This document shows, one piece after another, positions 18,520 to 20,486 of a stretch of DNA of 20,486 nucleotides. A program made the translations under genes and the position numbers. The first letter of the stretch is position 1; each line of letters opens with the position of its first letter. This stretch comes from Prasinococcaceae sp. CCMP 1430. Its lineage: Eukaryota; Plantae; Prasinodermophyta. The DNA lies in assembly GCA_013416795.1 (NCBI GenBank), contig RQSC01001156.1, positions 2,366 through 22,851 on the forward strand, read 5' to 3'. The notes below the pieces were generated by a model, which saw only the letters and a list, made by a program, of their open reading frames with translations, was not told the DNA's origin and searched no databases.

Positions 18520-19259
18520 CGCGCGCGGCGGCGGCCGCGCCCGAGGCGGCGCCGGCGTGCGTGAACATCGTCGAGCACGTGGTGCTGCTCAAGGTCAACG
18601 ACGACGCGCCCGCCGAGGCCGTCGAGCAGATGCTCGACCAGCTCTACTCGCTGCAGTACATGGTGCCCAACGTGCTCAGCCTGACCGTCGGCGAGAAGCT
18701 GGACAACGGCGAGGGAGAGGACTACACGCACTGCCTGGTGGCGCGCTTCCCGAGCCGCGAGGCGCTCGAGGTGTACGCGGCGCACCCGGAGCACGTGCGC
18801 GTGGTCACCGAGGTCATGAAGCCCATCCTGGACACGGACGCCACCTTGGCCGTCGACTACGAGGCTTGCGTGGAGAAGGACATCGAGGCGATGTTCAAGC
18901 GCGGAGACGACTGGGATGAGGGCGTCGAGCACGTCGTGCTGCTCAAGGAGACGGACGGCGGCGCGGGCGGCGACGGCGCGGCGGCGATGGCGGAGGCGCT
19001 GCAGGCGCTGCCGCAGCGCATGGCCGCCGACGTGAGGCTGCTGCAGCTCACCGCGGGCGCCAACTTCAGCGCGCGGTCCAAGGGCTACACCTTCGCGCTG
19101 GTGGCGCGGCTCGCCTCGGTGGCCGACCTGGAGGCGTACGGCCCGCACCCCGAGCACCAGGCGGTGGTGGCGGGCGAGATCAAGCCGCGCGTGAGCGGCC
19201 GGCTGGCCTTCGACTTCTCGCTGCAGCCCGTGGAGGGCGCGGACACCTCGGGGCTCTGA
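18520..19259 (+). CDS. Tandem Dabb (stress-responsive A/B barrel) protein; 5' partial
   Basis: Two homologous domains: VEHVVLLKV...YTHCLVARFPSREALEVYAAHPEHVRVV and VEHVVLLKE...GANFSARSKGYTFALVARLASVADLEAYGPHPEHQAVV. Stop at TGA 19257-59. Confidence 0.88.
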
Positions 19260-19575
19260 CGCGCGGGCGCGTGCGACCGGCCCCCGACCGGCCGCGCGGG
19301 AGAGGCCGGCTCGTAATCACCGTCGCGCAGGTCCACGCCCCGCGATGGCGCTCTGTCTTCCGTGCCTGCCCGCGTTCGTGTGCGTGACTTGATTGGTCTT
19401 TGGCTCGCTCGCTCGCTCGCTCTCGCGCGCCTTGGTGCGCCGCGCGACCGCCCACCAGCAGCGCACGACACCCCACGAGAGACCTCGCGGCTTTGCGCAC
19501 ATCCTCCTCTTTACCGAGGGCGCCCGCGCGCGCACGGCGTCCGCTCGCGCGCCCGCGCCTCTCCGCCATGGTGGC

Positions 19576-19650
19576 GGGAGGGAGGGAGGGAGGGAGGGAG
19601 GAAAGGGAGGGGGGGCGCACCCCGCGTGAGTGTGTGTGTGTGTGTGTGTG
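19576..19650. repeat. (GGGA)6 and (TG)10 simple repeats between convergent genes
   Basis: (GGGA)6 at 19576-19599 could form a G-quadruplex; (TG)10 at 19631-19650. Confidence 0.9.
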
Positions 19651-19772
19651 TCACAGGCGATTGTGCGCGCCGTGACCTGTAGGGGATGCCTGGCTCAGCG
19701 TTTGCGAGCGCCTGCTTTCGTGTTTCGTGTGGTTCGCCGCGCCCGGTAGCCACAGCGGACCGAAAAGCTGGC

Positions 19773-20486
19773 TCACTTCCCCCAGTAGTCACAGCGCTCG
19801 AAGCTGTGCGGCGCGTCGCCCTCTCCCGCGCCGTACTCGAAGAGCGCGGTGTCCACGGTTTCGGTCGCGCTCGGCACGAGCACGCGCATGTTTGTGCCGG
19901 GCTGCCACCGCACGATGGCGCTCGTGCCCGCGTAGAACTTGCCCGTCGCTCCCGGGTTCGCCCACGGCTGCGACTCGACCACGCTGTCGAGAGGGGGCGG
20001 CGGGTGGGTGGGCGGGTGGGTGGGTGGGTGGGGAGGCAGCGCGAGCGGGGGTGTTGCGGACCAGCGCCGCGATCGTCAGGCCGGGCGAGCGAGGGAGCGC
20101 ACGGATGCGCCTGGGGAGGCGGCGCGAGCGGCGCCCTCGCGCGTCTTCGCCCCTCGGGCGCCCCCTTCCCCTCGCCCCCCCCCTCCCCCCGCGCGCGCGC
20201 GGAGCGCGCGCGACGCACCAGTACTTGTACTCGACGAGCTCCCCCTCTGGCAGCGGGACGTCCGCGTACCACACGTCCTTCGTCCCCGGCAGGAGCTGCA
20301 TGGGCACCTTATTGATGGCGAGGAAGGACCACCCCAGCGGCTCGTGCGATCCGGCGACGCACAGGTGCTGGTTGGAGTTGCTCACCTCGTAGGGCACGCT
20401 GAAGCGCACAGTGATATTTCGCGGGCTCCTGCCCTGGCCGCGGGCGCCGCCCGTGAAGCGCCCGCCCGCGGCCGCGGCGGCCGCCG
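19773..20486 (-). CDS. CBM20 starch/glycogen-binding domain protein; exons >20486-20219 and 19983-19773; 5' partial
   Basis: The spliced product reads NITVRFSVPYEV...LCVAGSHEPLGWS...MQLLPGTKDVWYADVPLPEGELVEYKY(C)VV...IVRWQPGTNMRVLVP...DYWGK, matching the CBM20 pattern (G..LG.W, W...V.LP, EYKY, W.PG.N). The phase-2 intron is 19984-20218. Confidence 0.75.
20002..20033. repeat. (GGGT)n tract in the CBM20 intron
   Basis: gggtgggtgggcgggtgggtgggtgggtgggg. It reads as a C-rich tract just before the acceptor in the pre-mRNA. Confidence 0.85.

Noticed and set aside
853-19157. Very long ORFs spanning N gaps, and many overlapping Arg/Ala/Pro-rich ORFs (e.g. 853-2997, 8163-11504, 15552-19157, 15767-18919)
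   Set aside because: They are artefacts of X codons and stop-poor high-GC sequence, or antisense and off-frame shadows of real genes. The apparent ISN1, ETF-QO or Dabb fusions across gaps are unsupported.
19180-19569. Minus-strand ORF with a perfect Kozak context (CCGCCACCATGG)
   Set aside because: The product is low-complexity and basic, runs through simple repeats and overlaps the Dabb gene antisense. The CCATGG palindrome gives a similar context on both strands.
19677-19776. Possible extra CBM20 intron (AA|GTGAGC...ctacAG) bypassing the stop
   Set aside because: The extension would translate microsatellites (THTHTH, PSLPPS), and the domain already ends naturally at DYWGK.
3383-20218. Introner-like repeated introns
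   Set aside because: The introns share only splice-site consensus and low-complexity GC/CA composition. I saw no alignable shared body.

Overview
This is a gene-dense, very GC-rich eukaryotic scaffold with spliceosomal GT-AG introns and three N gaps (1420-2133, 9778-10564, 17589-18519). The plastid-type genes suggest a microalga, probably green lineage (inference). Most long ORFs in the supplied track are artefacts of high GC, N runs or stop-free introns. After manual splicing I read ten recognisable genes and two orphan candidates. In order: PP4R3/PSY2 (+, partial), a cyanobacterial-like GT2 glycosyltransferase (+, 5' end in the gap), a small two-TM orphan (-), a small orphan ORF (+), NAC-beta/BTF3 (-), syntaxin-6/SYP61 (+), ISN1 (-), a 1002-aa PAM2/F-box/LRR/ankyrin protein (+), a PAO/PTC52/Tic55-family Rieske oxygenase (-), ETF-QO (-), a tandem Dabb barrel protein (+) and a CBM20 protein (-, partial). 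I found no rRNA, tRNA, CRISPR array or transposon. I cannot demonstrate a new multi-gene system. The best leads are the unusual PAM2-F-box-LRR-ankyrin architecture, the cyanobacterial-like GT2, and the 78-bp ETF-QO to Rieske junction, where the Rieske frame has no in-frame ATG upstream of its conserved domain. All family calls come from remembered motifs; no database search was run.
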